From: Promethearchaeota archaeon
GTDB taxonomy: Archaea > Asgardarchaeota > Lokiarchaeia > Sigyniarchaeales > SOKP01
Length of the DNA: 64,000 nt
Direction: 5' to 3'
Assembly (NCBI GenBank): GCA_019058365.1
Contig: JAHPZE010000007.1
Span: 1 to 64,000 of the forward strand
Every line of letters starts with the position of its first letter. Position 1 is the first letter of the stretch. Positions 31,057 to 41,681 of the stretch are shown in pieces. The translations under genes and the position numbers were made by a program. The notes beneath the pieces were generated by a model, which did not search any database, was not told the origin of the DNA, and worked only from the letters and a program-made list of their open reading frames with translations.

Positions 31057-32355
31057 ATGGGAAAAGATCCTGAAAAGCAATTAAAGAAAGCGAACCAGCT
31101 TTATAAAGCAATGCAATACAAAAGAGCTGCAAAATTATTTAATATCGTTGGCAATAATTTCCTAAACTTAGGGGATTATAAAACTGCTGAAGAATGTTTT
31201 TTTAATGCTGCTAAAAGCGCTATTAATGAGGATAAATATTTACACGGTTTAGAATTTCTAAGGAATACGGCAAATGCATCTCTTCTTAATAATAATTTCT
31301 CTGATGCTTATCAAATCTTTAAGAATGCACTTAATTATATTCCTAGTTTGCATAATCCTTCAGATCGTGATTATCAATTCATTTTATTTTCATGTTTATC
31401 TTATTTGTGTTTATTTTTAGAAGGAAAACAAGAAGAAGGTTTGAATTTAGTAAAAAAAAACAAAACCTATGTAAATGATACGTATTTTAAAGAAAATTCT
31501 CTAATCAAGTTAATTAAGAATTTAACAGTCGCTATAAAAGATAAAAATGAGAATTATATAAAAAAAATTGAAAATAATTTTGAAAATTATAAATTCTATG
31601 AAGGCGAAAGTTGTCTAGCAAAAAAAGCCTTGGTATTAGCAAAAACAATTGTTGCTTTAATAACCAAATCGAGTTTTGATAAGAATGTATATACAACTAA
31701 TGATATTATAACTTTAACACTAACTATTGATACAACCCCTCTTTTAGATATTTCAAATGATCCTTTTTATAATTATAATATAAATGAATTAAAAATTACT
31801 AAAATTAGTATAACCCTGTCAGATAATTTTACATCTCATAAAAAACTAGAATTACCAATCATAATAACACCAGGTAAGAGTTCTCAAATAGATTTATTAA
31901 TAAAACCTCATTTTCAAATGGAAAAACCTTTTATTGGACCAATTCTGTTAAATTCTGAATTAGATGGGAATTTAAAATTCTTTTACGAAATTCCTGAAAC
32001 ATTCTATCCAAACTTAATATCTCCTCCCCCTACATTGGATATTTCAATAAAAAGATTAAGACCACCTCTTATTGGTCAATCTTTTCCTTTAGAAATTCTT
32101 GTAGAAAATAAAAGTGAAGGTGATGCTCTAGATCTTAATATAGAAGTAGAATTTCCTGAGAATCTTAAAGTGATGAGAGGTACATTAAAAAAACAAATAT
32201 ATTCCCTTAGATCTAATGAAAATATGAAATGGGAAATTAATCTCAAACCACTTGAAGCTGGAGATTATTCTATTAAGGTAAAAATAACTTTTAAGGATCC
32301 AGATCAAAATCAAATTGGAGAAATAAAAGATTTCCCTCTTTTAATAAAATTATAA
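31057..32355 (+). CDS. TPR/alpha-solenoid protein with C-terminal Ig-like domains
   Basis: N-terminal TPR-like helices (AAKLF...AEECFFNAA); C-terminal beta-sandwich pattern (LEILVENKSEGDALDLNIEVEFP...GDYSIKVKITFKD). Confidence 0.65.
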   Translation: MGKDPEKQLKKANQLYKAMQYKRAAKLFNIVGNNFLNLGDYKTAEECFFNAAKSAINEDKYLHGLEFLRNTANASLLNNNFSDAYQIFKNALNYIPSLHNPSDRDYQFILFSCLSYLCLFLEGKQEEGLNLVKKNKTYVNDTYFKENSLIKLIKNLTVAIKDKNENYIKKIENNFENYKFYEGESCLAKKALVLAKTIVALITKSSFDKNVYTTNDIITLTLTIDTTPLLDISNDPFYNYNINELKITKISITLSDNFTSHKKLELPIIITPGKSSQIDLLIKPHFQMEKPFIGPILLNSELDGNLKFFYEIPETFYPNLISPPPTLDISIKRLRPPLIGQSFPLEILVENKSEGDALDLNIEVEFPENLKVMRGTLKKQIYSLRSNENMKWEINLKPLEAGDYSIKVKITFKDPDQNQIGEIKDFPLLIKL

Positions 32356-32407
32356 ATTCAATTTGTTTTATATATCTCTATCTTAAAATAAAAAGTGAGA
32401 AAACTAG

Positions 32408-33976
32408 ATGAAATTAAAAGTTAAAGAAATTAATTTTGAAACCGGAAATGCGAAAGATATTGTTTTAAATATTAAGGATGCTCAAGAATTAGGACAAAAA
32501 GCAGGAGAACGCGTTATAGTAAAAAATATTAGATCAAAATCTATTGAAGAAAAGTACTGGGTAGCAATAATACAAATAGATTTCCTAGGTTCTATTGTTG
32601 AACCTGGAGAAATTGGAGTATTTCTTAATCTTTTAAGAGAGAAAAAAGATTTAAAAAATGAAATGATTGTCTCTGTGAGACCAGCAGATCCACCCGACTC
32701 TTTTAGATTTATACAAAAAAAAATAAAAGGACAAAAACTTTCTAGCGAAGAAATAAATAATATTATATCTGATGCGGTTTCTGGATCCCTATCACGGATA
32801 GATCTAGCAGCATTCATAACAGGAGTATCTATTAATGGCATGGACAACGAAGAAATGACGGCTTTAACTCTATCGGAAACTAGGAGTGGAGAAATATTTT
32901 ATTTCGGAATGGATGTCTACGATAAACATAGCACAAAAATCTATATTTCGTAGGTTTTGTTAAAAGGTGGCGTCCCAGGGAATAAGGTATCTCTAATTAT
33001 CGTTCCGATTGTCGCTGCTGCCGGATTAACTATTCCAAAATCTTCAACAAGAGCCATAACATCCCCATCAGGTACAGCAGATTCAATGGAGGTCTTAGCT
33101 CCTATTGCATTTAATCCAGAAGAATTAAAAAGTATTGTATCTGAACAAAATGCATGTATAATCTGGGGTGGAGCTCTTGAAACTGCTCCAGCAGATAATA
33201 TTCTAATAGAAATTGAGCGTCCTTTACATATGGATCCCATAGGTCTTATGATACCGTCTATTCTAACAAAAAAGCTTTCATTAGGAGTTAAAAAGCTTGT
33301 TCTTGATATACCTGTAGGGGAAGGCACTAAATTTCCTACAATCGATAAAGGAAAACAGTTTGCTTATTTATTTAAAGAAATTGCTGCAAATGTTGGAATT
33401 GAAGCAGAATGTGCGCTCACCTTGGCTCATCAACCTATAGGTCATGCGGTCGGTCCTGCTTTAGAAGCTAAAGAAGCACTTACATTATTACGTGATTATT
33501 CTGCTGGACCAAACTCTTTAATAGAAAAGTCTACTGATTTAGCTGGTATTCTTCTTGAAATGAGCGGAAAGGCTCAAAAAGGTATGGGACAAAGCTTAGC
33601 GAAAGATATTTTACGCTCTGGTAAAGCTTATGAAAAAATGAAAAAAATTATCGAAGCTCAGAAGGGAGATCCAGAAATAAAACCCGAAGATATTAAGCTA
33701 GGACCATATATTAAAGAATTTTTTGCTTCTAAAGATGGATATATAGTTGATGTAAATAATTCAATAATAAATCGAATCGCAAAAACTACAGGTTGCCCCA
33801 ACTCGAAGAGTTCAGGTGTAGAGATAATTAAAAAACAAGGTGCAAAAATAAAAGAGGGAGAATTAGTATTTAGAGTCTATTCCCATAATGAATCTAAATT
33901 AAGAAAGGCAGAAAAAATTTATAATAGTACGGGAGGTCCAATTCGTCTAGGAGGAATGTTGATTGAAAGAGTATAA
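32408..33976 (+). CDS. deoA: AMP phosphorylase; spliced gene join(32408..32934,32965..33976), 512 aa
   Basis: Archaeal AMP phosphorylase N-domain, KSSTRAITSPSGTAD and QPIGHAVGPALEA motifs. DKHSTGGVPGNK is split by a 30-nt insert containing TAG. Confidence 0.92.
32935..32964 (+). other. 30-nt bulge-helix-bulge intron in AMP phosphorylase mRNA
   Basis: UAGC [AC^A] AAAAUCUAU AUUUC GUAGGUUUU GUUA [AA^A] GGUGG. Central helix UAGC/GUUA, two 3-nt bulges, 9-bp stem; splicing gives CAU AGC ACA GGU GGC = HSTGG. Confidence 0.9.
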
Positions 33977-34178
33977 ACCCTCTTTTTTCATAAAATGCGA
34001 GTAGAAACTCCCTACTATTGCTTTAATAAAAAAGAAGCGAGCAAATATAGGGATTAGGAAGGGAAAAGGATAAAAAGAAAAAAAGGAATAGGTATTTAGG
34101 ATTTGGTAAATTTGCCAATTATCTTATAATCAAAATCAGATTGAATTTCAAAAATATTAAATCTTTAAAAATAGTTAT

Positions 34179-35669
34179 ATGCCTTTAACACCAAAAGCCA
34201 TTTATGATGACTTCGAGAATGGAGATTTAGATAAATCTTTTGCGGTAGAATTATTGATAACGTTAATAGATAATTCAGATAATATAGAAACCCGAATAGA
34301 AAGCATTAGGTATTTAAATAGAATCTCATTGAACGATGAGGATACTTTTAAATATCTAGAACAATTGATGATTTCTGATTTAAATGAAAATGTTAGAAAT
34401 TTGACTTGTGAAGTCCTAAAAAATCACTATTTAGAAAAAGTTCTAGCTCCAATTTCTTGGATGCTTGATCACGATCAATCATTAAAGTGTTTAATAACGG
34501 GGATTTCTGCATTATCTGAAATTAATTCAAAAGATTCTAAAGAAATTCTCATTAATAAGCTAAATAGACTATACTCTAAAGAAAACAAATATAATATAAA
34601 GGATCTCTTTAAAGAAGTAGAAATTGAGAGTTTAGGATCTCAAGATCTTGCTGAGATCTTATTAAATTATTACATAATCTCTTTTTTAAAAACTAAATAT
34701 GGGTATATAAATTTTGAATATAATAATATGGGTTATATCACAAGACTAGATTTATCTAATGTAGACCCACAAGGTATTTCTTTGCCTAATTATCTTAATT
34801 CTATATTCTCTCTTAAATTTCTAAGGTTTTTTGACTTACGATTTAATCACTTAATTAAATTACCAGAAATATCAAATGAATCAACTTCAGTCATATCTAT
34901 GGATTTAAGTTATAATAGTCTAATCAATCTTACCAAATCTATTGAAAAGATAAAATCATTAAAAACCTTAAATTTAAAATCTAATAGGTTAAGATCTCTT
35001 CCAGACACTTTAGGTAATCTAAAATTTCTTCAGATACTAAATCTAAGAAATAATATGCTGAAAAAGATTCCTAAATCAGTATCATCTCTTGAATCACTAA
35101 AAAATTTAGATTTGCATGGAAACAAATTAATTTCAATTGATTTTAAATTAAGTAGCTCAATTCGGGGACTGGAATTAGGATGGAATAATTTTGGGAAATT
35201 CCCTACTAACATTAAATATCTTACTTTTTTGGAAAAATTAGGTATGAGTGGAAATAAATTAAAGAAAATACCAAAATGGATTTCTTTATTTAATTCATTA
35301 AAAATATTAGACTTATATGATAATGATATTATGAGCTTACCCGATTCGATTGGGGACTTAAAATCTTTAAAAATATTAACATTACGAAATAATCACCTTT
35401 CTAGCTTACCAGAATCAATTATTTATTTAAAAAATCTTAAGGTACTTAATTTAAGTTGGAATAATTTTACCTCTTTACCTGATTGGATTGGAGAACTTTC
35501 ATCTTTAGAAGAATTAAATTTATGGGGAAATAAACTTGAAATACTCCCCAAATCAATCAGTTCATTATCAAATCTAAAAATGTTAGATTTAACTTTCAAT
35601 AGATTTGAACAAATTCCACCATTTTTGAAAGAATTAGAAAGAAAAAATAGACTTACTATAAAACTTTAA
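34179..35669 (+). CDS. HEAT-like N-terminus + leucine-rich repeat protein
   Basis: Repeated LxxLxLxxNxLxxLP units. Confidence 0.9.
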   Translation: MPLTPKAIYDDFENGDLDKSFAVELLITLIDNSDNIETRIESIRYLNRISLNDEDTFKYLEQLMISDLNENVRNLTCEVLKNHYLEKVLAPISWMLDHDQSLKCLITGISALSEINSKDSKEILINKLNRLYSKENKYNIKDLFKEVEIESLGSQDLAEILLNYYIISFLKTKYGYINFEYNNMGYITRLDLSNVDPQGISLPNYLNSIFSLKFLRFFDLRFNHLIKLPEISNESTSVISMDLSYNSLINLTKSIEKIKSLKTLNLKSNRLRSLPDTLGNLKFLQILNLRNNMLKKIPKSVSSLESLKNLDLHGNKLISIDFKLSSSIRGLELGWNNFGKFPTNIKYLTFLEKLGMSGNKLKKIPKWISLFNSLKILDLYDNDIMSLPDSIGDLKSLKILTLRNNHLSSLPESIIYLKNLKVLNLSWNNFTSLPDWIGELSSLEELNLWGNKLEILPKSISSLSNLKMLDLTFNRFEQIPPFLKELERKNRLTIKL

Positions 35670-35695
35670 TTGATAATGAAAAAGAATGAAATAAA

Positions 35696-35941
35696 ATGGG
35701 AAAAAAATCTATTATCGATATAGAAATTAATGAAGAAAGATGTACTGGATGTTTAATCTGTGCATTATGGTGCTCTTATACCAATTATAAGACTTTTAAT
35801 CCTTCACGAGCAAATTTAAAAATTCAAGATAGATATGGTTTAAGACCTAAGATTATTTTCTTAGACACCTGTAAAAAGTGTGGTCAATGTGCTCAACATT
35901 GTCTTTATGGTGCGTTAAATATTATGGAGGGATCAAACTGA
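35696..35941 (+). CDS. 2x[4Fe-4S] ferredoxin
   Basis: CTGCLICALWC and CKKCGQCAQHC; TGATG overlap with aor. Confidence 0.9.
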   Translation: MGKKSIIDIEINEERCTGCLICALWCSYTNYKTFNPSRANLKIQDRYGLRPKIIFLDTCKKCGQCAQHCLYGALNIMEGSN

Positions 35942-37842
35942 TGGAATGGAAGGGATATACTGGTAAAATACTCAATGTTGATTTAACAGATAATAAAATT
36001 TCTGTTTCTAAAGAGTCTGACAAAGATATAAAGCAATTTATTGGTGGTTTCGGGATGAATTGTAAACTTGGTGCTGATTTAACTAAACCTAAGATTAAGC
36101 CCCTATCAAATGAAAATCCAATTATAATAGGTACAGGACCCATGGTTGGAACAATCACCCCTGGAGCATCGCGAACGGTTGGTTTTACTAAATTTCCCGC
36201 TACTGGAGCAATAGCTAACTCGTGCGGTAGTATGAGCTTTGGATTTCATCTTAAACAATCAGGTTTTGATCATATAATAATTACGGGAAAGGCTGAAAAA
36301 CCTACCTATTTATTAATTGTTAATGATGACATTGATCTTTGTAATGCTAAAAATTTATGGAATAAGGATATAGTAGAAACAACCAATACTTTATGGAAAA
36401 ATTATAGTTCTTGTGGAGTTATAGCAATAGGTCAAGCAGGCGAAAATTTAGTAAAATCATCACTAACTTTAATAGACAAAACTTCGACATTTGGACGAGG
36501 TGGTCTTGGTGCAGTAATGGGATCAAAAAATTTAAAAGCAATAGTCTCTCAAGGAACAAAAGGTATTATAATTGCATATCCAAAGGAATTTAATAAGCTC
36601 TATAATAAACTAATTGAACGGATTCGCAGTTATCCTCAAAGAAAGTCATGGATTGATTTAGGAATGCTAAGAAGCTTGCCTGTTGGAATGCTATTAAATG
36701 CGCGGGGGAATAAGAAAAAAGCACGACAATGTGGAGAGCGAGAATATCTTAAAAAGATGAAAAAACGCCGAATTGCATGTCCATCATGCCCCATGGCGGA
36801 TAAGGATATCCTTGAAATTAAAGAGGGTGAATTTAAAGGATTAATAAATTATACTTCATCTGTTATTAATCCACTTCTTACATTCATACTGGAAGGCCTG
36901 GAAAATTCTGATCAATGTATCAAAATGTTTGACATTATAAACAGATATGGATTAGATTCCCTCACTATTACAGCTCTTTTTGAATTTTTAGATAGATTAT
37001 ATAAAAAAGGAATCCTCTCTAAAGAGAATACAGGTTTTAATTGGAATAATGATTTCAAAACAATTATTAAATTGCTTGAGATGATTGTTTTTAGACGGGG
37101 ATTCGGAAACCTTTTAGCGGATGGGTGGAAGGAAATAGCTTCAAGTTTTGAGAATGTTAAAGACAAAATGCTTACAATAAAAAATCTTGATGTAATTTTT
37201 GAACCTCGATTATTACGCTTGGGAACTATGGAATTTGAGCAAATAGTAAATCCTAAGGGTGCCCATGTTGCCTCAGGTGGCTCACCAACCTATGTTGGTG
37301 CTGCTAGCTCTTTAGAAAAATTTAAAACTCATTTTAAAAGAATGGGGGTTCCAGACACGGCTATAAAAAGAGTTTTTTCACCTCCATTGAAAGCAATGGG
37401 AGTAAATGTGGGACGACTTACTCGATATTCTGAAGATTGGTATACTGTTTTAAGTTCTTTAGGGCTCTGTGCAAGAGCTCAAATGAATCGCTTTTGGAGT
37501 CTTGAATCTGCTACTACTTTTTATAATGCCGTTACTGGTATTGAACTACGTTCCGAAGATCTGAGAGAAGCGGCTGAACGTTCTTGGAACCTACTTAAAT
37601 TATTAAATGCTAAAGAAGGATTTTCCAGAAAAGAAGATAAATTTCCAGATGAATGGTTCAAATCATTAAATTATGGAGATATAGAGCTTAAATTTCAAGA
37701 TTTCTTTGGTGAAACTATAATATCTCAAGAAATTGCTGTACAATTACTTGATGATTATTATGATGAAAGAGAATGGGATAATATTACTGGAAACCCAACA
37801 AAAGCGAAAATTATGGAATTAGGTTTAGAAAAATATTTATAA
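35941..37842 (+). CDS. aor: Aldehyde:ferredoxin oxidoreductase family protein
   Basis: GYTGKILNVDL, AIGQAGENL, GRGGLGAVMGSKNLKAI, YGLDS, SLGLC motifs; real start ATG 35941. Confidence 0.92.
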   Translation: MEWKGYTGKILNVDLTDNKISVSKESDKDIKQFIGGFGMNCKLGADLTKPKIKPLSNENPIIIGTGPMVGTITPGASRTVGFTKFPATGAIANSCGSMSFGFHLKQSGFDHIIITGKAEKPTYLLIVNDDIDLCNAKNLWNKDIVETTNTLWKNYSSCGVIAIGQAGENLVKSSLTLIDKTSTFGRGGLGAVMGSKNLKAIVSQGTKGIIIAYPKEFNKLYNKLIERIRSYPQRKSWIDLGMLRSLPVGMLLNARGNKKKARQCGEREYLKKMKKRRIACPSCPMADKDILEIKEGEFKGLINYTSSVINPLLTFILEGLENSDQCIKMFDIINRYGLDSLTITALFEFLDRLYKKGILSKENTGFNWNNDFKTIIKLLEMIVFRRGFGNLLADGWKEIASSFENVKDKMLTIKNLDVIFEPRLLRLGTMEFEQIVNPKGAHVASGGSPTYVGAASSLEKFKTHFKRMGVPDTAIKRVFSPPLKAMGVNVGRLTRYSEDWYTVLSSLGLCARAQMNRFWSLESATTFYNAVTGIELRSEDLREAAERSWNLLKLLNAKEGFSRKEDKFPDEWFKSLNYGDIELKFQDFFGETIISQEIAVQLLDDYYDEREWDNITGNPTKAKIMELGLEKYL

Positions 37843-37846
37843 AGTA

Positions 37847-38533
37847 TTATAGAATTTCTATAGAAATATCAATGTATGAATCATCTTGAGTTTTTGAAAT
37901 ATAAATTTTTTCAACGTTACATACTACTTTTTTATTAAGATTGGCTAAATATATTCCTTCAGTAATACCACATGCAATATAAAAGAAATAAATGAAATCC
38001 TCATTATCTTTCAGATATTCAGAATTACTTAATCGAAATATGACTTTATTTAGGTTAAGCTCCTGTATTGAAATATTAAGATCATCCTGAAAAAAATCAT
38101 ATGAGTTGTAAAATTTTTCAAATAATTTTAACTGAGCAATTGAATCTTCAAATTTTCTTGCTTTCTTGAACTCTTCAATATACACATCACCAATTGGAAA
38201 TTGAAATTTCTTTAAAATTAGATGCCCAATTTCTTTAAAAACTATTTCTCTATTTGGAAATTTATTTTTTAAACTTGATAATAAAGCTTGAAGAAAGGAA
38301 TTAACTAATTTTTTACTCAAATAATCTCTTCTTTTACTAAAGTATAAATGTGCTGATCCAATTTCTTTCTTAGTCACAAAACCTTCACTTTCTAATGTTC
38401 TCAAATGAGCTGAGACAGTATTGCGATGAGCTCCCGTTTTATCAGACAAATCTGTTATTGTCAATCCAGATGGAAAATCATCTAAAGTCTCTAATATTTT
38501 GGATTTGTAATCATTTTTTTTAGTTGAATTCAT
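37847..38533 (-). CDS. Winged-HTH transcriptional regulator with V4R-like C-terminal domain
   Basis: GLTITDLSDKTGAHRNTVSAHLRTLESEGFV; ACGITEG motif. Confidence 0.8.
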   Translation of the reverse strand: MNSTKKNDYKSKILETLDDFPSGLTITDLSDKTGAHRNTVSAHLRTLESEGFVTKKEIGSAHLYFSKRRDYLSKKLVNSFLQALLSSLKNKFPNREIVFKEIGHLILKKFQFPIGDVYIEEFKKARKFEDSIAQLKLFEKFYNSYDFFQDDLNISIQELNLNKVIFRLSNSEYLKDNEDFIYFFYIACGITEGIYLANLNKKVVCNVEKIYISKTQDDSYIDISIEIL

Positions 38534-38569
38534 AATAGAATTGAAATTTGGTTATATGTTCTGATCAAT

Positions 38570-38588
38570 TATTGTGTATTGCACAATA
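38570..38588. promoter_or_regulatory. Palindromic operator TATTGTG-N5-CACAATA
   Basis: Perfect 7-bp inverted repeat between the divergent regulator and radical SAM genes, directly 5' of TTTATATA. Confidence 0.6.
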
Positions 38589-38659
38589 TTTATATATTGG
38601 TTTTAACCCAAATATAAATTAACACATAAACTAACAAAAAAAGTATTAAACTAGAAATA

Positions 38660-40498
38660 ATGACGGATAATCGCATTTTATTAACTACTCCAACTTATCC
38701 ATATCCAACACTTCCGGCAAATGATTCTTTAACAGATGCCACTGGACAACGTTTTACCCATGGAGACGACATCTTTACAATAATTTCTCATACCCATTGT
38801 TTTGGAAATCATATTTTGGCACAAAATATTGATAAACCCTCAACATTACTTGAATATCCTAGATGGGAGCATTTTACTAAGGAAGTAGATAAGGGATATG
38901 ATTACATTGGAATAAGTTGCTTTCCAGTGCACTTGGATAATGTATTAAAAATGTGTGATTATATTCGAAAAAATAGTCCTGAAACAAAGATTATGATTGG
39001 TTCATATGGAGCACAAGCGTTTAAAGCAAAATATGATGAAGAAACTCAAAAGAAATATGTGGATTATGCAGTAAAAGGAGAAGGTGTAAAATTCATTCGT
39101 GAATTGCTTAGTGAAGATACAAATCGTCCTATTGTACAAAAATTGATGCCAAAATGTGGAGGATCTCTTTGGTTCATAGATAAATATCCCAGAGGAACTA
39201 TTGGGTTCCTAGTATCAGGCTTAGGATGTCCAGGAGCATGTGATTTTTGCTCAACAACCGAGATGTTTGGTTATAAAAGGATACAATTACTTTCACCAGA
39301 GGAATTGGTAAAACATATGCATCTTTATCATAAATATTTTCCAGATGTAAGTCAAATATTTGTAATTGAAGAAGACCACTTTCGTCATCCTGAATATCTA
39401 ATAAAAACTAAGCAGTATTGGGAGAGTAATCCTAAAGTCGTGGAATCTCTTGATTGGTTTGCATTTGGCTCAGTAGATCATATTTGGAATTTTGCTGATA
39501 AATATGGATGGGATGCTGTAGCAGAAATTGGAATTGGTGCAATTTTTATAGGAGTAGAATCTAAATTCGCTGGAGAACATGGTTATACTAAAGTAAAAGA
39601 AGCAGATTCGCGAGAAGTCTTTAATAAACTTCATAATATGGGAATTCGTACTATTGGTGCTTGGATCTGTGGATGGGATTTTCATGATCATTCTAATATA
39701 TATGAAGATCTCAATTATTTTGTTGCATGCTATCCAACATATGAGCAATTAACCCGTTTATCTCCATTCCCTGGAACTGCATTGTATAACAAAATAAAAA
39801 AAAGTGGGCGTTTAAGGGATGTTCCATGGGAAGATGTGCATTTTTGGAGTGGTTCTCAAGAGAATGTTGCTCTAGAAATACATGAAACTCTAAATTTAAC
39901 CGAGTATGGGTATGATCTGATTTATAAAACGTGGGGACCTTCAATTCTTAGAAAGCTTGATGTTTTACTCAGAGGGTATGAATATTGCTTGAATTCTGAT
40001 AATCCAATAATGCGTGATCACAAATCTAAATTCTTTAAACAACAAGCCGCAGTATTACAGAGCATGTGTGGAGCGATGGATCGTTTTGCACCCAATGGAG
40101 TTGTAAGACGTAGAGTAAATAAAATAGATCAAAAATATCGTGAATTAATTGGCGAACCCACGGCTATCCAAAGAGTTTTATCACGTAGTATGGAAAAAAG
40201 AGCAAAAAAATTCAAGATTCAAAACTTCCTAGATCCGATAAATAGATATCCGAAACAAGAACCAGCAAAACGATATCTATATCTTAAAAATGAAAAATTA
40301 ACAGAAGGTGATATTCCTTATAAAACTGAATTGCTATCAAAACGTTCATTTGATCTAAGATGGAACAAATTTAAATTCAAACAACGCTCTATCCTTCTGA
40401 GTTTTCTATCTAAATTAAAGTCCAGTAAAAGTGACAGTGGATTAGATAAACACATTATAAAGGGTTTAAAAAAGCAGACTATCGCATCTGCATTTTAG
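38660..40498 (+). CDS. B12-binding-domain radical SAM protein
   Basis: GCPGACDFC motif; N-terminal cobalamin-binding-like domain; IGVES and PFPGTALY. Confidence 0.85.
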   Translation: MTDNRILLTTPTYPYPTLPANDSLTDATGQRFTHGDDIFTIISHTHCFGNHILAQNIDKPSTLLEYPRWEHFTKEVDKGYDYIGISCFPVHLDNVLKMCDYIRKNSPETKIMIGSYGAQAFKAKYDEETQKKYVDYAVKGEGVKFIRELLSEDTNRPIVQKLMPKCGGSLWFIDKYPRGTIGFLVSGLGCPGACDFCSTTEMFGYKRIQLLSPEELVKHMHLYHKYFPDVSQIFVIEEDHFRHPEYLIKTKQYWESNPKVVESLDWFAFGSVDHIWNFADKYGWDAVAEIGIGAIFIGVESKFAGEHGYTKVKEADSREVFNKLHNMGIRTIGAWICGWDFHDHSNIYEDLNYFVACYPTYEQLTRLSPFPGTALYNKIKKSGRLRDVPWEDVHFWSGSQENVALEIHETLNLTEYGYDLIYKTWGPSILRKLDVLLRGYEYCLNSDNPIMRDHKSKFFKQQAAVLQSMCGAMDRFAPNGVVRRRVNKIDQKYRELIGEPTAIQRVLSRSMEKRAKKFKIQNFLDPINRYPKQEPAKRYLYLKNEKLTEGDIPYKTELLSKRSFDLRWNKFKFKQRSILLSFLSKLKSSKSDSGLDKHIIKGLKKQTIASAF

Positions 40499-40522
40499 AT
40501 TTTTTAGAGAATACAAACCTTT

Positions 40523-41620
40523 TTGGGTATGCAAATGGATTCAGAACTAAAGATAACACAATCTCCAGGGAATACTCCAATTAAAAAAATACCTAAAGAT
40601 TATTTCCCTGAAGGATGCGGGTTCTGGTTTACACTATCAGACGGATTAGATAATAAAAAAAAAATATTTTTTAGGGATAGCACACATGGTAATGGAATTC
40701 CAGAAAGCATAATTGTTTTTATTCATGGTAACCCCGAAAATTCGTATACATATAGGAAAGTTATAAAAAATATTATCGATTGCGCGGAAAAGCCATTTAG
40801 GATCGTTGCAATGGATCATATTGGGTTTGGTTTATCAGATCAAGCCACTTATGAAATGGTATGCATGGATCATGCTAATAATTTATTACAACTCGTAAAA
40901 TTCTTAGATTTGAGAAATGTAACTCTTATTGTGCATGATTGGGGCGGACCTATAGGTATTGGTGCTTTCTTGAAAGATCCCAAACGAGTATCTAATCTTA
41001 TAATATTGAATAGTACTGTTTTTCCAATGCCGCAAACTGGAATAACCTATCAAAACTTTCCTGGTTCATTAGTAAATTGGGCTAGTGGACCAAAGATAAT
41101 TCCTAACAACTTATGGGGTGCTTTTGCCGCTTTTTCAATTTTTTGTAAGCCGATGAATCAAACGAAATTATTTGTAAAAATGATTTTTTCAATTGTAGCA
41201 AAAGAGTTAGGCATCTATAGGAAAAATGAGAAAATTGCTCAAAAGATTTTTAGAAAACAGTTTAAATCGAAATTAAATACACTGAGCTCAAAACGTTTAG
41301 TACGCCAAACACCTGTGTGGGGATTTGGAAACACATATATTGAACCTCAGCTTGGAAGACGAGATACTTCATCTTTTTATCACTTCATTCAGGAGAATAT
41401 AAATGATCTTTGGGGGCTTAATGGTCAAAAAATTGGTGTTAGAGCAATCTGTGGCTTTTGGGATCCTTCAGCCAAATCTGAAGTAATAGAGCAATGGATA
41501 AAAAATCTACCTCAACTTAAGGGGTATGTTAAAATATTTAAAGGTATAGGGCACTTTATTGAAGAAATTAGACCAAAAGAAATTGCTAATGAAATTATTA
41601 ATGTTGCTGGATTAGTTTAA
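40523..41620 (+). CDS. Alpha/beta hydrolase (haloalkane dehalogenase/OleB-like)
   Basis: HGNP, DHIGFGLSD, VHDWGG, GHFIEE motifs. Confidence 0.88.
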   Translation: MGMQMDSELKITQSPGNTPIKKIPKDYFPEGCGFWFTLSDGLDNKKKIFFRDSTHGNGIPESIIVFIHGNPENSYTYRKVIKNIIDCAEKPFRIVAMDHIGFGLSDQATYEMVCMDHANNLLQLVKFLDLRNVTLIVHDWGGPIGIGAFLKDPKRVSNLIILNSTVFPMPQTGITYQNFPGSLVNWASGPKIIPNNLWGAFAAFSIFCKPMNQTKLFVKMIFSIVAKELGIYRKNEKIAQKIFRKQFKSKLNTLSSKRLVRQTPVWGFGNTYIEPQLGRRDTSSFYHFIQENINDLWGLNGQKIGVRAICGFWDPSAKSEVIEQWIKNLPQLKGYVKIFKGIGHFIEEIRPKEIANEIINVAGLV

Positions 41621-41681
41621 ATTTTTAATTAAATTTGTACATTTATATTTAGATTGTCACAGAATCATTTGTTAAAATTTC

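Noticed and set aside
32951-32953. In-frame TAG read as pyrrolysine or by readthrough in AMP phosphorylase
   Set aside because: Readthrough would put 10 extra residues inside the KHSTGG motif. BHB excision restores the motif exactly, and the MttB homolog here is non-Pyl.
35878-35940. 21-aa N-terminal extension of AOR in the ORF track
   Set aside because: It overlaps the ferredoxin gene; ATG 35941 follows GGAGG and a TGATG coupling.
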